From: an uncultured Lachnospiraceae bacterium
Lineage (GTDB): Bacteria > Bacillota > Clostridia > Lachnospirales > Lachnospiraceae
NCBI GenBank assembly: GCA_944384105.1
Contig: CALWSC010000041.1
Span: forward strand, 2,763-66,762
Direction: 5' to 3'
Length of the DNA: 64,000 nt
In this document: positions 17,463-28,488 of the stretch, in pieces
Layout: every line of letters starts with the position of its first letter
Numbering within the stretch: the first letter of the stretch is position 1
The notes under the pieces: generated by a model
The model's database searches: none
The model's input: only the letters and a program-made list of their open reading frames with translations
What the model was told of the DNA's origin: nothing
Made by a program: the position numbers and the translations under genes

Positions 17463-20042
17463 TTATACCTCCCGTTCCTTTGCCGGAATATGAAATTCCC
17501 ATTCTCCGCTTCCCACCGTCTGCATCTTTCCTTCTCCCATGTCGATATGCGCAGTCAGATTCGCCGGCACGCGCACCTGCAGCAGAATCTCTCTTTCCCC
17601 GCGTTTCCAGAACACGCGGATCGCTCCATACGGATGGCGCAGCTTTACCTTGCAGTATTCCATATCTTCCGCAAAGTAAGGCTCAATATCCACTTCGCCG
17701 AACGGCCTGTCTGAGTGAAGCAGACGGATTCCTCCCAGTCCTCCGTAGAACCACTCTTCAATACCGCCCAGCATGAAGTGATTCTGCGAGCCGTGCGGAT
17801 TGCCCGGCTCAGGGCCATCCCAGTCCTCTGTAAGCGTCGTAGCGCCGTTTACAACCTGATAGCCATAGCCCGGCGTCTCCGTCTGATTCGTCATCTCATT
17901 GATCAGATCGGAAAGACCATTCTGCAGCGCCGCTGTGATCAGAAACGGATGCCCGACGTCGCCTGCAGTAATCGCATATCCCCGGTTTACAATGTCCTTT
18001 CTCAGAAATTCCACTACCTTTTCCCGATATGCGTCCGGCACCAGGCCGACAACCAGGCTCATCGCCTGCGCAGTCTGGCTGCCTGTGGCGTAACGGAATG
18101 TCTGATTGTCAAAGAACTGTGCATTATACTCTTTGTACACCTCCCTTTGCAGCGCTTCCAGCTCCTTTGCATCTTCCTCTTTTCCCAGCCGGTCTGCGAT
18201 CCGCTTCATTACACAGATATCGTAATAGTAGATACACGTTGCGGTTATCGGTATCGGCGTGTTCTGGGACGTCACGGAGTTCGGTCCGATATCCAGCCAG
18301 TCTCCCAGCCCGTGATGCAGGATATGATGGTGTGTCCTTGAAGTCAGATATCCGAGATATTTTCTCATAACATCATAGTAGCGCTCCATGGCAGCCGTGT
18401 CCCCGTATCTCTGATAAAGATACCACGGGTTTAAGATACATGCGCTTCCCCATTCAGGAGAGTCCACAAATCCCTCATGGTAGCCGAAAGTCACATACTC
18501 TGGGCAGATATCTGGAACAAGGCCGCTGTCTCTCTGTGAATCCGCCATGTCCATCTCCTGCTTTTCATAAATGTTTTCCGTGTCATAGTTATACATCACA
18601 CCGGCGGCAATCAGGTGCGTCTGCTCCAGCCACGGAAGTCTCTCGCGGTGCGGACAGTCCGTCGTATAGCTTTTCAGATTACTCAGAATTGCCTGGCAGA
18701 CAATCTTATGGATATCGTTAAAGAGCTGATTCGAGCATACAAATTCTCCCGTCTGCTCTACGTCCGGATAGATAAATTCGCCGCTGATCTTCTCGATAAC
18801 CGGCTCTCCCGGGACGCCTCTTTCCATCTGCGGAACCGCTCCGGCCATCTGTACATAGCGAAATCCCGTATAGGTAAAATCCGGGGCAAATTCCTGCTGC
18901 TCCTCTTCGCTGAGGATATAGGTCCACGCATAACCCCGCCCGGTCACTCTCTGATCCGGCGCCGAGCGGCCATCCAGAATCTCTCCCGGTGTCAGAACAA
19001 TCTTTGTTCCGGCAGGCGCACCGTTTCTGCGGATACGGATTCTGACCCATCCGGAAAAATTCGTCCCGAAATCATACAGCCAGGTTCCGGTTCCCGTCTT
19101 TCTTACACTGACCGGAGCATAGCGCTGCATCACGCGCATCGGCTCCTCCGGAGAGGATACGCGTCTGCCCGTTGGCGCCTCCACCTGCACTGCGCGCTCC
19201 CAGGAATCATCTTCCTGAAAGTCCGGCAGGGAGAATCCCTTTTGCGCCGCCTCTATCCTTCCGTCATAGTCCTCTCCCCCATACATACAGCAGAAGAGAA
19301 TCGGACTTTTTGCCATCCTCCAGGATGAATCCGTCACTACATACTCTGTGCTCTGGTCTGCATACGTAAGATTGAGCTGAATATTCAGCTTCATCTTTCC
19401 GTAAGAGCGCTCATAGTAAACGTAGCGGCCGCCCGGCAGATTATACATGCCGTCTCCCAGCTTAACGCCGATACCGTTTTTCCCCTTTCGGATACAGGAC
19501 GTCACGTCGTATACGGAATAAAAGCTTGTCTTTCTGTAATCCGTCCAGCCCGGCTCCAGCACACGGTCATCAACCTGCCTGCCGTTCAGATAGCAGATAT
19601 GGTGCCCCAGCCCGCTTACATATAACCTGGCGCGGATTACCTCTTTTTTCACCTCAAAAGTACTGCGATAGATATGGTAGCTGTGATCCTGTGTCTCGCC
19701 GATATAGATTCCCTTCCAGTCACTTTCCTCAAAAAGCCCTGTCTCAAACCAGGCTGCAGGGCTCTTGCAGACGGTATGATCCGTTCCCTCTACCTCAACC
19801 TGCCACTCATAGCGCGTATCCGATTTCAGGGGCTCCCCTTCATAGGGAATCTGTACCATCTGATCGGACGCGACGCGGGTGCTGTCCCACACGCAGCCCT
19901 TTTCGTCCGTCACGCGGATCCGGTAGCTTTTCTGTTTCCAGTTTTTTTCCGGCGTTACGACATTCCAGCTAAAGACCGGCCGCCGTGCGCTGATTCCATA
20001 CGGGTTCACTCTGTTTTCTGTCCGAAGTCTGACAATTTTCAT
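17463..20042 (-). CDS. GH78 alpha-L-rhamnosidase
   Basis: MKIVRLRTENRVNPYGISARRPVFSWNV is the typical GH78 N-terminus. Start moved to the ATG at 20042 (GAGGTG RBS); the track ORF begins at 20093. Confidence 0.85.
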   Translation of the reverse strand: MKIVRLRTENRVNPYGISARRPVFSWNVVTPEKNWKQKSYRIRVTDEKGCVWDSTRVASDQMVQIPYEGEPLKSDTRYEWQVEVEGTDHTVCKSPAAWFETGLFEESDWKGIYIGETQDHSYHIYRSTFEVKKEVIRARLYVSGLGHHICYLNGRQVDDRVLEPGWTDYRKTSFYSVYDVTSCIRKGKNGIGVKLGDGMYNLPGGRYVYYERSYGKMKLNIQLNLTYADQSTEYVVTDSSWRMAKSPILFCCMYGGEDYDGRIEAAQKGFSLPDFQEDDSWERAVQVEAPTGRRVSSPEEPMRVMQRYAPVSVRKTGTGTWLYDFGTNFSGWVRIRIRRNGAPAGTKIVLTPGEILDGRSAPDQRVTGRGYAWTYILSEEEQQEFAPDFTYTGFRYVQMAGAVPQMERGVPGEPVIEKISGEFIYPDVEQTGEFVCSNQLFNDIHKIVCQAILSNLKSYTTDCPHRERLPWLEQTHLIAAGVMYNYDTENIYEKQEMDMADSQRDSGLVPDICPEYVTFGYHEGFVDSPEWGSACILNPWYLYQRYGDTAAMERYYDVMRKYLGYLTSRTHHHILHHGLGDWLDIGPNSVTSQNTPIPITATCIYYYDICVMKRIADRLGKEEDAKELEALQREVYKEYNAQFFDNQTFRYATGSQTAQAMSLVVGLVPDAYREKVVEFLRKDIVNRGYAITAGDVGHPFLITAALQNGLSDLINEMTNQTETPGYGYQVVNGATTLTEDWDGPEPGNPHGSQNHFMLGGIEEWFYGGLGGIRLLHSDRPFGEVDIEPYFAEDMEYCKVKLRHPYGAIRVFWKRGEREILLQVRVPANLTAHIDMGEGKMQTVGSGEWEFHIPAKEREV

Positions 20043-20146
20043 CTCTGTCTTTTCACCTCTGCTTTCTATAATAGTAAGGTCCGGGAAAGGCATTGAGACC
20101 AGAGGCTCTTTTTTTTGCCTTCCCCAGACCTTTTGCGAAGTCTTAC

Positions 20147-21949
20147 TTATTCTGTTGCAGTTCCCTCTACGGTGTTCTCATTGAGCATCTCAATAATTCC
20201 GTCAAAATCTGTATCGGTCTGGCTCTTAATATCCTCTACATAGGACTCCCATACGGAATCGTCATTGATATCCATCTGTCCGGTGATAAACTGTGTGGCA
20301 AGCTCTCTCGCCCTCTTATCACACACGCCCTCATAGAGAAGCTCTGCTCTCTGACCGGACTCTTCCGGAGTCAGATATGTCACAGGCGGGCGGTCATACG
20401 GAGATACGGAATCCTCTCCGCCGTTCTTATCAGACTCTACCCAGTATTTGCCTTCATAATAGCCCTGCTCTTCATTCCACCACGGCTCCGGTTTTGCCGC
20501 TACGTCGAGCATCGCGTTAAAGTCAATCGGGTTAAACGGAACGCCCGGACGGCATACGGATGATGCTGTCAGTCCATAGTTGCCGGACTGAACTGCCGGA
20601 TCCTCCGCTCCTGTAATATCCTCGGAGTACGTCTTGGTTCCGTCCTCTTCTGTCGTATAAGTCTCTCCTTCGACGCCCCAGTTCATAAGATTTACCATCT
20701 CATCTGAGTACTGGTAATCGATCATTGCTACCGCATATTCCGGGTTCTCAACGGCTGCGCTGATATAAATACCCATTGAGGAGGACAGTGATTTGCCAGC
20801 CTGTCTGGAGCCCCACTTCCACGGGGTACCGTACTGCTCATCTTCTGGAAGGTAAGCAAGTCCCCACTGCATACTTTCATCCGTCACCGCGTCATTCCAT
20901 CCAGATACGCTGCCTGCCCACAGAGTCGGGCAGATCGCTCCGACGCCTGTCGTTGCCTTCGTCGTCGCTGCGTTCGTGTCCGCTGTCGCGAACTCCGGAT
21001 CAATATATCCTGCTTCGTACAGGCTGTTTACGTACTTGAGCATTTCGCGGTAGTTATCCTCAATCGGACCGAACCTCCAGGTGCCCTCGTCATAATACAG
21101 GCAGTCCCAGGTATGGAAAATTCCCACAAATCCTCTGACCAAAGAATAATCCTTCGTGCTGTTCATGATCGGATACTGAACATTCAGTTCTCCCGCGTCA
21201 ATCTTCTCTTTCATGGTCTTGCACAGTTCGGTAAATTCATCCAGCGTTGTCGGAGGATCAATGCCGATCTGCTTTAACAGGTCGAAGCGGTAAGCAAAAG
21301 CAGTAAAGGACTGCGCGCCCTGGATATTATCCGGGTTATAAAAGCCATCCATGAAATAATACATGGAACCGTCTTCCAGCTTTGCAAAATCTTCACCTCC
21401 AGCTGTGGACTTCATGTATTCCGGATAGTATACCATGTAATCCATATAGTCGCTCAGGTTCAGCAATACGCCGTCCTCGCCGTACTCATTCACCGCGCTG
21501 CCTTTTGTGACTGTCGCGATGTCCGGGATTTCTCCGGACTGAAGGACTACCAGCTCATTGGTAGAATAATCCGTAGAGTTCGTTCTGGACCACTCGATGT
21601 CCAGTTTGCAGCCCAGATAATGCTCCATCGCCTCCTGCCAGAGCTTCTGAATCTGCGTGTCCTCCGAAGAGAGCTGATAATCTGCAATGCTGACCTTCAG
21701 CTTCAGCGTATCGTCATCCAGCTCTGGAAGGTCGATGCCGTTTTCTTCCGCAGTTGCAAATTCCCCGACGTCCATCGTCAGCTCCGGAACGGATTCCGGG
21801 TCAAACTTGGAATTTTCCTGCGCCGCCGCAGGCGTGGATTCTGCTTCTGCCGCATCGCTGCCGCTGTTTCCGCCGCATCCTGCCAGAATGCCCGCTGACA
21901 TTGCCGCCGCCAGGACGGCTGCCGTAATTTTCTGTGTTTTCTTTCTCAT
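20147..21949 (-). CDS. Extracellular solute-binding lipoprotein of carbohydrate ABC importer (large LplA/YtcQ-like type)
   Basis: 600-aa ORF with a signal peptide and lipobox (ILAGCGGNSG). Adjacent to two permease genes. Confidence 0.85.
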   Translation of the reverse strand: MRKKTQKITAAVLAAAMSAGILAGCGGNSGSDAAEAESTPAAAQENSKFDPESVPELTMDVGEFATAEENGIDLPELDDDTLKLKVSIADYQLSSEDTQIQKLWQEAMEHYLGCKLDIEWSRTNSTDYSTNELVVLQSGEIPDIATVTKGSAVNEYGEDGVLLNLSDYMDYMVYYPEYMKSTAGGEDFAKLEDGSMYYFMDGFYNPDNIQGAQSFTAFAYRFDLLKQIGIDPPTTLDEFTELCKTMKEKIDAGELNVQYPIMNSTKDYSLVRGFVGIFHTWDCLYYDEGTWRFGPIEDNYREMLKYVNSLYEAGYIDPEFATADTNAATTKATTGVGAICPTLWAGSVSGWNDAVTDESMQWGLAYLPEDEQYGTPWKWGSRQAGKSLSSSMGIYISAAVENPEYAVAMIDYQYSDEMVNLMNWGVEGETYTTEEDGTKTYSEDITGAEDPAVQSGNYGLTASSVCRPGVPFNPIDFNAMLDVAAKPEPWWNEEQGYYEGKYWVESDKNGGEDSVSPYDRPPVTYLTPEESGQRAELLYEGVCDKRARELATQFITGQMDINDDSVWESYVEDIKSQTDTDFDGIIEMLNENTVEGTATE

Positions 21950-22017
21950 AGGTTACCTCTCTTTCTGCTGTGAATTTTTTAGTTATCTCAACGACCGCAT
22001 CTGCAGCCGCCTGATTC

Positions 22018-22923
22018 TTATCCCTTGACTGCGCCTACCTGCATACCCTGTGCAAAATATTTCTGCAGGAACGGGTATATAATAAGCACCGGCGCCACGG
22101 TTGCCACCACGCAGGCGTACTGAACATTCAGTTTGTTCATCACGCCGTTTCCGATCATCTGCTGCGCATTGCTCATGCTGGTAAGACCGGTGGCAAATAC
22201 AATCTTTCTCAAAATCATCTGAATCGGCTGCATATCCGGATTCTTAATATACAGCAGAGCCTCGTAGTAACTGTTCCAGACTCCGACAATGGAAAACAGC
22301 CCGAAAGTCGCATACAGCGCTTTTGACAGCGGCACATAAATCCGGGTCAGAATCTTAAAGTCAGACGCCCCGTCGATTCTTGCCGCTTCCCTTATCTCCG
22401 GGGAAATTCCCTTAAAAAAGGAACGGTATACAAATACGTTATACGCGGATACCGCATTGGGAAGGATCAGCGACCACCAACTGTCCATCAGATGCAGGTT
22501 CTGAATTAACAGGTAAGTCGGAACCGTGCCGCCTCCGAAAAACATGGTAATCAAAAGCGCTATCGTCAGAAATTTCTTGAGAATAAAGTCCGGCATCATC
22601 ATCGCGTATGCCATCATGGAGGTACATACGAGGTTTACAATCGTAGCGCCCGCCGCAATAATCACGGTATTGAAATATGCCCTCCAGATGTTCTGCTCTT
22701 CAAAGAGCATCTTATATCCTTCTACCATGATTTCCTTCGGATAGAACGTAACCTGTCCCGTTGATATCATCCGGTTGCTGGAGAGCGAAACTGCAAGTAC
22801 GTTCAGAAACGGATACAAAAATATGATGGAAATCGCCGCCATAAACAGGATCAGCAGGATATCAAATGTCCAGCTGCCGTAATGTATTCTGTTTTTTCTC
22901 TTGGTTTTATATGTTTTTGCCAT
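22018..22923 (-). CDS. Carbohydrate ABC transporter permease
   Basis: 301-aa polytopic ORF with an EAA-type loop AARIDGASDFKILTRIYVP. Confidence 0.85.
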   Translation of the reverse strand: MAKTYKTKRKNRIHYGSWTFDILLILFMAAISIIFLYPFLNVLAVSLSSNRMISTGQVTFYPKEIMVEGYKMLFEEQNIWRAYFNTVIIAAGATIVNLVCTSMMAYAMMMPDFILKKFLTIALLITMFFGGGTVPTYLLIQNLHLMDSWWSLILPNAVSAYNVFVYRSFFKGISPEIREAARIDGASDFKILTRIYVPLSKALYATFGLFSIVGVWNSYYEALLYIKNPDMQPIQMILRKIVFATGLTSMSNAQQMIGNGVMNKLNVQYACVVATVAPVLIIYPFLQKYFAQGMQVGAVKG

Positions 22924-22936
22924 CTTCTCTCCTCCA

Positions 22937-23896
22937 TTACCACAGACTGTTGTCTGGATCCAGCTTCCTTGTGATTGCGTTTGTGCCGAACACCAGGATA
23001 AAACAGATCACCGACAGGAACAGATTGACTGCCGTCGAATAGGAAAACTGTCCTTCCACAATACCCTTCTGGTACACAAAGGTGGAAATGGTATCCAGTT
23101 GGCTCCTGTTCGTATCGTTCTGCATCAGCAGGATTTTGGTAAAATCAGCGTTCATCACGGTTCCGACATTCATAATCAGAAGAATCGTCGTCGTGGGACG
23201 GATCGTCGGCCATGCGATATTTTTTATCTTCTGCCATCTGTTCGCCCCGTCGATATTCGCCACGTCATAGAGCGTCGTGTCCACATTGGAGAGCGCTGCC
23301 AGATAAATGATGGAACCCCATCCGATTCCCTGCCATACGGCGGATCCCACATATTCCAGAAGGAAATATGTGCCGCCGGAGTTCATATCCACTCTCGCCA
23401 GTCCGAAGAATTCCCGGATATCATTGAACAGTCCCGTTGTGGATCCAAATCCGTTGAGCATGGAACAGACAACCACAACCGAGATAAAATGCGGCAGATA
23501 CGAGATTGTCTGTACGGTTTTCTTATACCATTTTCCCTTTAACTCATTGAGCAGCAGCGCGAAGATAATCGGCGTTGGGAAAGTAAACAGCAACGTCATA
23601 ATTCCCACCTTAAACGTATTCCATATGATCTGCCCGCTGTTTACATTTTTGAAAAATCTTGAGAAATTTTCCCACAGCGGATTGAGCCAGTCGCTTCCCC
23701 ATACTCCTTTCGCCGCACTGTAATCCTTAAAGGAAATCAGGATCCCATAGATCGGTATGTATTTGAAGATAAATACCAGCACGACTCCGGGGAGCGCCAG
23801 CAGCAGCAGTTGTCTTTGATTGTACACTTTTTTCATAAACGGCTGCTTTTTCTTCACCGGTATGACTGCCGCCATCCCTGTCTTTTGTCTTTTCAT
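22937..23896 (-). CDS. Carbohydrate ABC transporter permease
   Basis: Trimmed to MKRQKTGMAA... at 23896 (AAGGAGG RBS). EAA-type loop VANIDGANRWQKIKNIAWP. Confidence 0.85.
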   Translation of the reverse strand: MKRQKTGMAAVIPVKKKQPFMKKVYNQRQLLLLALPGVVLVFIFKYIPIYGILISFKDYSAAKGVWGSDWLNPLWENFSRFFKNVNSGQIIWNTFKVGIMTLLFTFPTPIIFALLLNELKGKWYKKTVQTISYLPHFISVVVVCSMLNGFGSTTGLFNDIREFFGLARVDMNSGGTYFLLEYVGSAVWQGIGWGSIIYLAALSNVDTTLYDVANIDGANRWQKIKNIAWPTIRPTTTILLIMNVGTVMNADFTKILLMQNDTNRSQLDTISTFVYQKGIVEGQFSYSTAVNLFLSVICFILVFGTNAITRKLDPDNSLW

Positions 23897-24106
23897 TACG
23901 GTACCTCCTTGCTTTTTATATAATTTTAACAAATTCCATTCAGAATAAAATGGAGCGGATCTGTATGTTTTATGCAACTTTCTTCACTGTTACCTGACAA
24001 TTCTCCATAGGAAATCGTAGATTTTTCCATATTGTGATTTTTGACTTTCATGTAAAATAAGCATGAATCCTTATAGAAGCAATGAAAATCAAGCGAGGCT
24101 CTGTTT

Positions 24107-25909
24107 ATGAAGTTTTGGGACCGTAAGAAAAAATTTCTGATTCCGTTAAAGAGGCAATTCCTCTTTATCATGGTTTTTCTTTTTATATGTATCAGTCTGA
24201 TTACCTCCGTCACCTGCGCGGGATATATCCGCATGCACGCTCTCGTCGTGCGTCAGAATATGGAACTGTATTCCTCACAGTTATCGCGTTCGGTAGGGGA
24301 AATGTATAAAATCTGCCGGAATATCGCACGCACGCTCTCCTATAACCAGATTATTCAGGATTACCTTGCCACACAGATGCCCGAGGAAAAATATTCAGAC
24401 TATAATCTTGCGTATAACCAGCTTGTAAGTATGATGGAGCTTTCTCCTTATATCCGCGATATCGCCGTACTCAATGACGCCGGAAATTCTATCGCGGTAT
24501 ACGGCGCGTATGAGACGTATGCCTCTTTGTCGGATACCGCAGAAACTTCCGGCTCTTCGCTATCTTCGCTGGGAAAAACGGATGTCGAGGGCAGAGACTG
24601 CCAGATTCTGAGGATGCCTGTCTTCTCTCTTAAGAGCAGCGGCTCCCGTCTCGTGGGGAAATTATTTCTCGCCGTTGATATCGGCGCGTTCTTTACAGAG
24701 AACGCACCCTCCGACGCCGGTTATATCCCGGGATGTCTTCTGACCGACAGCAGCGGAAATATTATTTATGGAGACCCCTCATACAGCCGCGCTCTTAAAG
24801 CTTCCCCGGACGCCGATCAGATCTCTGTTTCCGGCAGTATTTATTATGTCGCTCAGGAAGAGCTCTCTGTCGTGGACGGGAACTTTTATGTATTCATCAG
24901 CCGGGATCTCTTTACCGCGGCCGGAAGCAAAATCGCCGCTTTGCAGCTTTGCTGCATGGTGCTTCTTCTGCTCATGGTCGCCTTTGTCATGTTCCGGATT
25001 TACCGTCCTTTGATCCGCTCCCTCCAGAGACTGACGCACTACATGGTAGAAATCACAGACGGCAATCAGCAGAATTATAAAAACGGCTTTACACTCAGCC
25101 AGGGACTGGTCGGTTCCACGGAAATTCAGGAAATTGCCAACGCCTTCAATGAAATGCTGCTGCACACTTATGATCTGAATCATACGATTTTTGAAAATTA
25201 TACGCGCATGTATGAAATGGATATCAACAATAAAAAAACGGAGATCGCCTATCTTCGCAGCCAGATTAATCCTCATTTTCTCTATAATACGCTGACCATG
25301 ATCTGCGGAATGGCATCCGCAGGCATGCGCCAGGAGATCATCGATACGGCGAGCGCGCTCTCCGCGATCTTCCGCTACAGCATCAAAGGAGATGATATCG
25401 TGACACTGCGCGAGGAGATGGAGATCGCGCGTTCTTATCTGAAGATTCAGACGTACCGGTTTGAAGACCGCTTCACCGTGACATACGATTTGCCGGAAGA
25501 AGCACTCCAGTGCATGATCCCCAAAATGGTCATTCAGCCTATCGTGGAAAACGCCATCGTGCATGGGCTGGAACCCAGCCTCAAGCCGGGACGCCTCGTC
25601 ATCGGCGCCGGCCGCAATCCTAAAAAAGGCTACCTTGCCATCTGGATTTTCGATACCGGAATCGGCATGAAACCGGAAAAGCTGCAGCAGATCCGCGAGG
25701 AACTGCAGGCGCCGGTCCACCGCTTTGCGCCTACCATTATGGACTCCCTGAACGTCCTGGATTCCAGGCACCATGACAGTATCGGCATTTTGAACGTCAA
25801 CAGCCGCATGGTTCTGTACTTCGGCATGGACTATTCGCTGATTCTGGATTCTGAGGAGGGCGTTGGAACAAATGTACAGCTTCGCATTCCTTACCGCACG
25901 AAATCATAG
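24107..25909 (+). CDS. Sensor histidine kinase, YesM-like
   Basis: 600-aa ORF with two TM segments. RSQINPHFLYNTL His-kinase motif and a C-terminal HATPase region. Confidence 0.85.
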   Translation: MKFWDRKKKFLIPLKRQFLFIMVFLFICISLITSVTCAGYIRMHALVVRQNMELYSSQLSRSVGEMYKICRNIARTLSYNQIIQDYLATQMPEEKYSDYNLAYNQLVSMMELSPYIRDIAVLNDAGNSIAVYGAYETYASLSDTAETSGSSLSSLGKTDVEGRDCQILRMPVFSLKSSGSRLVGKLFLAVDIGAFFTENAPSDAGYIPGCLLTDSSGNIIYGDPSYSRALKASPDADQISVSGSIYYVAQEELSVVDGNFYVFISRDLFTAAGSKIAALQLCCMVLLLLMVAFVMFRIYRPLIRSLQRLTHYMVEITDGNQQNYKNGFTLSQGLVGSTEIQEIANAFNEMLLHTYDLNHTIFENYTRMYEMDINNKKTEIAYLRSQINPHFLYNTLTMICGMASAGMRQEIIDTASALSAIFRYSIKGDDIVTLREEMEIARSYLKIQTYRFEDRFTVTYDLPEEALQCMIPKMVIQPIVENAIVHGLEPSLKPGRLVIGAGRNPKKGYLAIWIFDTGIGMKPEKLQQIREELQAPVHRFAPTIMDSLNVLDSRHHDSIGILNVNSRMVLYFGMDYSLILDSEEGVGTNVQLRIPYRTKS

Positions 25910-25945
25910 ACCCGAGTATACAGCACAGATAAAGGAGACTTCACT

Positions 25946-26881
25946 ATGTACCAAGCAATTATTATTGACGACGAAAAATGGGTAATCAAAAGCCTGATTG
26001 CGACAATCGCGGATCAGGAATACTTTGAATTTGTGGGGGAATTTTATGACGGCGCTTCTGCTTTTGCGTATCTTCGCGAGCATAAGCCGGATCTAGCTTT
26101 TATAGACGTCCAGCTTCCGGGGATGAGCGGACTGGAGATCCTTCAGGCTGCCAGGCAGGAAAATCTTCCTACTCTGTTTATCGTTATCAGCGGTCATGCG
26201 GAATTTGCCTATGTACAAAAAGCGCTGTTTCATAACGCGGTCAGCTACTGTCTGAAGCCCTTTTCCAGAAACGAACTGCTGGATTCCCTGCAGAAAGCGT
26301 ACCAGCTTCTTGAGAGCAGAAAAACTTCCCGTCCGCAAGAAGAAGGTTCATCCGGACAAAAGGAAGCGCTTCCTGCGCTTGAAAGCGGCTTTACGCCGCC
26401 GGATCAGATGCAGATTTCCAATAAAGCGGTGCGTTCTATGCTTGATTATATTGCGCTCCACTACGCGGAAGACATCTCGATTCAGATGCTTGCGGATCTT
26501 ACCTGCATTACTCCGAATTACGCCAGTCAGCTATTTAAGGAAGAGACCGGCGCCACCTTCAGCAGTTATCTGACCAATCTGCGCATGTACCACGCCTCCC
26601 GGCTGCTCCGCAGTACCGATATGCCAATCTTCACCGTTGCCAATCAGGTAGGGTATAAAGATTATTTTTATTTTGCCAAGGTATTCAAGCGTATGTCCGG
26701 ACATACGCCCAGCGCTTACCGGAATATGTTTCATACCCCCCCATACAGAAAGGAAAGATTTCCCGATGAAAACCCACAAATTTCCGCCGCTTGCAGTTCT
26801 TCTTCTGACCTGCGCGATTCTGACGCAGGGATGCGCTTCGTATCTCTCCACGGACACCGGGACACAGACGGCAGCTCCTGA
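25946..26881 (+). CDS. Response regulator with AraC-type HTH output (YesN-like)
   Basis: Receiver domain (DLAFIDVQLPGMSG) plus AraC HTH (...FKRMSGHTPSAYRNMF). AAAGGAG RBS. Its 3' tail overlaps the next gene by 116 nt. Confidence 0.85.
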   Translation: MYQAIIIDDEKWVIKSLIATIADQEYFEFVGEFYDGASAFAYLREHKPDLAFIDVQLPGMSGLEILQAARQENLPTLFIVISGHAEFAYVQKALFHNAVSYCLKPFSRNELLDSLQKAYQLLESRKTSRPQEEGSSGQKEALPALESGFTPPDQMQISNKAVRSMLDYIALHYAEDISIQMLADLTCITPNYASQLFKEETGATFSSYLTNLRMYHASRLLRSTDMPIFTVANQVGYKDYFYFAKVFKRMSGHTPSAYRNMFHTPPYRKERFPDENPQISAACSSSSDLRDSDAGMRFVSLHGHRDTDGSS

Positions 26882-28382
26882 GATCAGTTTCGGCTACTGG
26901 GATATAGACAGTATGCAAAACGCCTCCTCTCCCGACGGCATTACGCAGTACCTTGAGGATATGTTCGGCTTTACTGCAAGCGCCCAGTCCTTTAACTGGA
27001 GTACCTACCGGCAGCAGTATCAGATTCTCGCCGCCACCGACGAGCTGCCCGATGTCTTTACTACCGTGATGCTCTCCTCCAGCGATGCGGATGATACTGC
27101 TTTATTTCACCAACTGGCTGCCTCCCATAAGATTCAGCCTCTGCCGGACGATCTCTCCGACTACCCCCATCTGGAGGCGCTTCTCTCAGATTTTGAGAAT
27201 CTGAGGGATGAGGACGGGCACTTCTATGCGATTCCGCATCCTCTGTTCAGCGAAACGATTCTCTCCAGCTCAGACGCCGCCCTTTTGGTGCGCCGGGACT
27301 GGATGGATGCGCTCGGAATCAGCGATCCGCAGAATATCGATGAATTTATCTCCATGGTCTGCGCTTTCGCACAGCAGGATCCCGACGGGAACGGAGTGGA
27401 TGACACACAGGGCTACAATGTAAACAGCCTTGCGGCGCTCGGCAAATGGGTGATGCTCGGCATTGCCCCGGACTGCAACGTATATTCATGGATAGAGACT
27501 TCCTCCGGGGAATACCTTCCATCCTGGATGACGGAAGAATTTGAGGAGGTCGTGCGCGTATACCGCACGCTGTACACATCCGGAGGGCTGGACCCGGATT
27601 TCTATGCAACAAATCCTTCGGCGGTTGTGGATGATTTTGCCTCCGGCCGTCTCGGCGCCCTGGAATATAAGTCCTCCGCATCGGCGCTCGCTGAGCTGAA
27701 AGCGGTCTGGAATGCTAAAAATGACCTTCCGTTTGACGAATGCGTCGATGTGCTTCCCATATTTCCCGCATCCGACGGCGTGCGCTACAGCAGTTCCAGC
27801 AATACCTTCTGGTCTGAGACGTATATCAGCTCCGGCGTTTCCCAAAAAGAGCTTGATATTATTTTATCTCTTCTTGATTATCTGCTCTCTGATGCGGGGA
27901 TCGCGCTGTATACACAGGGCATTCCCGGCGAGGACTACACGACTGCCGAAGACGGCAGCCCTGTCTCTCTGCTCGCGGAAGAAGGCTCCTCGCACACCAT
28001 GGCTCTTCTGGAAAAATATCCCTCTGTAGAGCTCTGGTCAAATATTGCCAACTGCGGATGGGATGCCTCGCACTTTGAGGATACGCCGCTTACCCGCTTT
28101 CTGTACGGGGAGGACTGTGTAAAGCTTTCCAAAAAAGCCCTGGATTTCTGCCGGGAATATACTGTACAGGTAGAACGTCCCTATGACTTTCTCACCTTTC
28201 CGAAGGAACACTCCACCTATAGCTCCAACGCTTTTGATTCTTTTATCCGCTGCATTATCGGAACGCAGAAGCCGCTTGCCATGTGGCGGGATTGTCTGAA
28301 TGATCTGTGCGACCAGGGACTTCTGGACTACGTCGCCCGTCAGAATCAAAGATATCAGGACTCTTTGCATCTCTCTTCCTAG
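26766..28382 (+). CDS. Extracellular solute-binding lipoprotein (sensor-associated or second importer binding protein)
   Basis: Trimmed to MKTHKFPPLAVLLLTCAILTQGCAS (lipobox). Family-1 SBP-like sequence. Confidence 0.8.
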   Translation: MKTHKFPPLAVLLLTCAILTQGCASYLSTDTGTQTAAPEISFGYWDIDSMQNASSPDGITQYLEDMFGFTASAQSFNWSTYRQQYQILAATDELPDVFTTVMLSSSDADDTALFHQLAASHKIQPLPDDLSDYPHLEALLSDFENLRDEDGHFYAIPHPLFSETILSSSDAALLVRRDWMDALGISDPQNIDEFISMVCAFAQQDPDGNGVDDTQGYNVNSLAALGKWVMLGIAPDCNVYSWIETSSGEYLPSWMTEEFEEVVRVYRTLYTSGGLDPDFYATNPSAVVDDFASGRLGALEYKSSASALAELKAVWNAKNDLPFDECVDVLPIFPASDGVRYSSSSNTFWSETYISSGVSQKELDIILSLLDYLLSDAGIALYTQGIPGEDYTTAEDGSPVSLLAEEGSSHTMALLEKYPSVELWSNIANCGWDASHFEDTPLTRFLYGEDCVKLSKKALDFCREYTVQVERPYDFLTFPKEHSTYSSNAFDSFIRCIIGTQKPLAMWRDCLNDLCDQGLLDYVARQNQRYQDSLHLSS

Positions 28383-28488
28383 AGCCGTAAAATTTCCATA
28401 TTTTCTTATAGTTTTTCCATGTTGCTTCCTTTTGTTTTTCAGTACAATATCTTTAAAAAGAACCTGAAAAGCAAAGGAGGTCTTATCT

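Noticed and set aside
20043-20146. Possible internal terminator between the binding-protein gene and GH78.
   Set aside because: Only weak or bulged stems (GGAAGGCA...TGCCTTTCC with a 23-nt loop) and no following U-tract on the minus strand. It is at most an mRNA-stabilising structure, so it is not reported as a feature.
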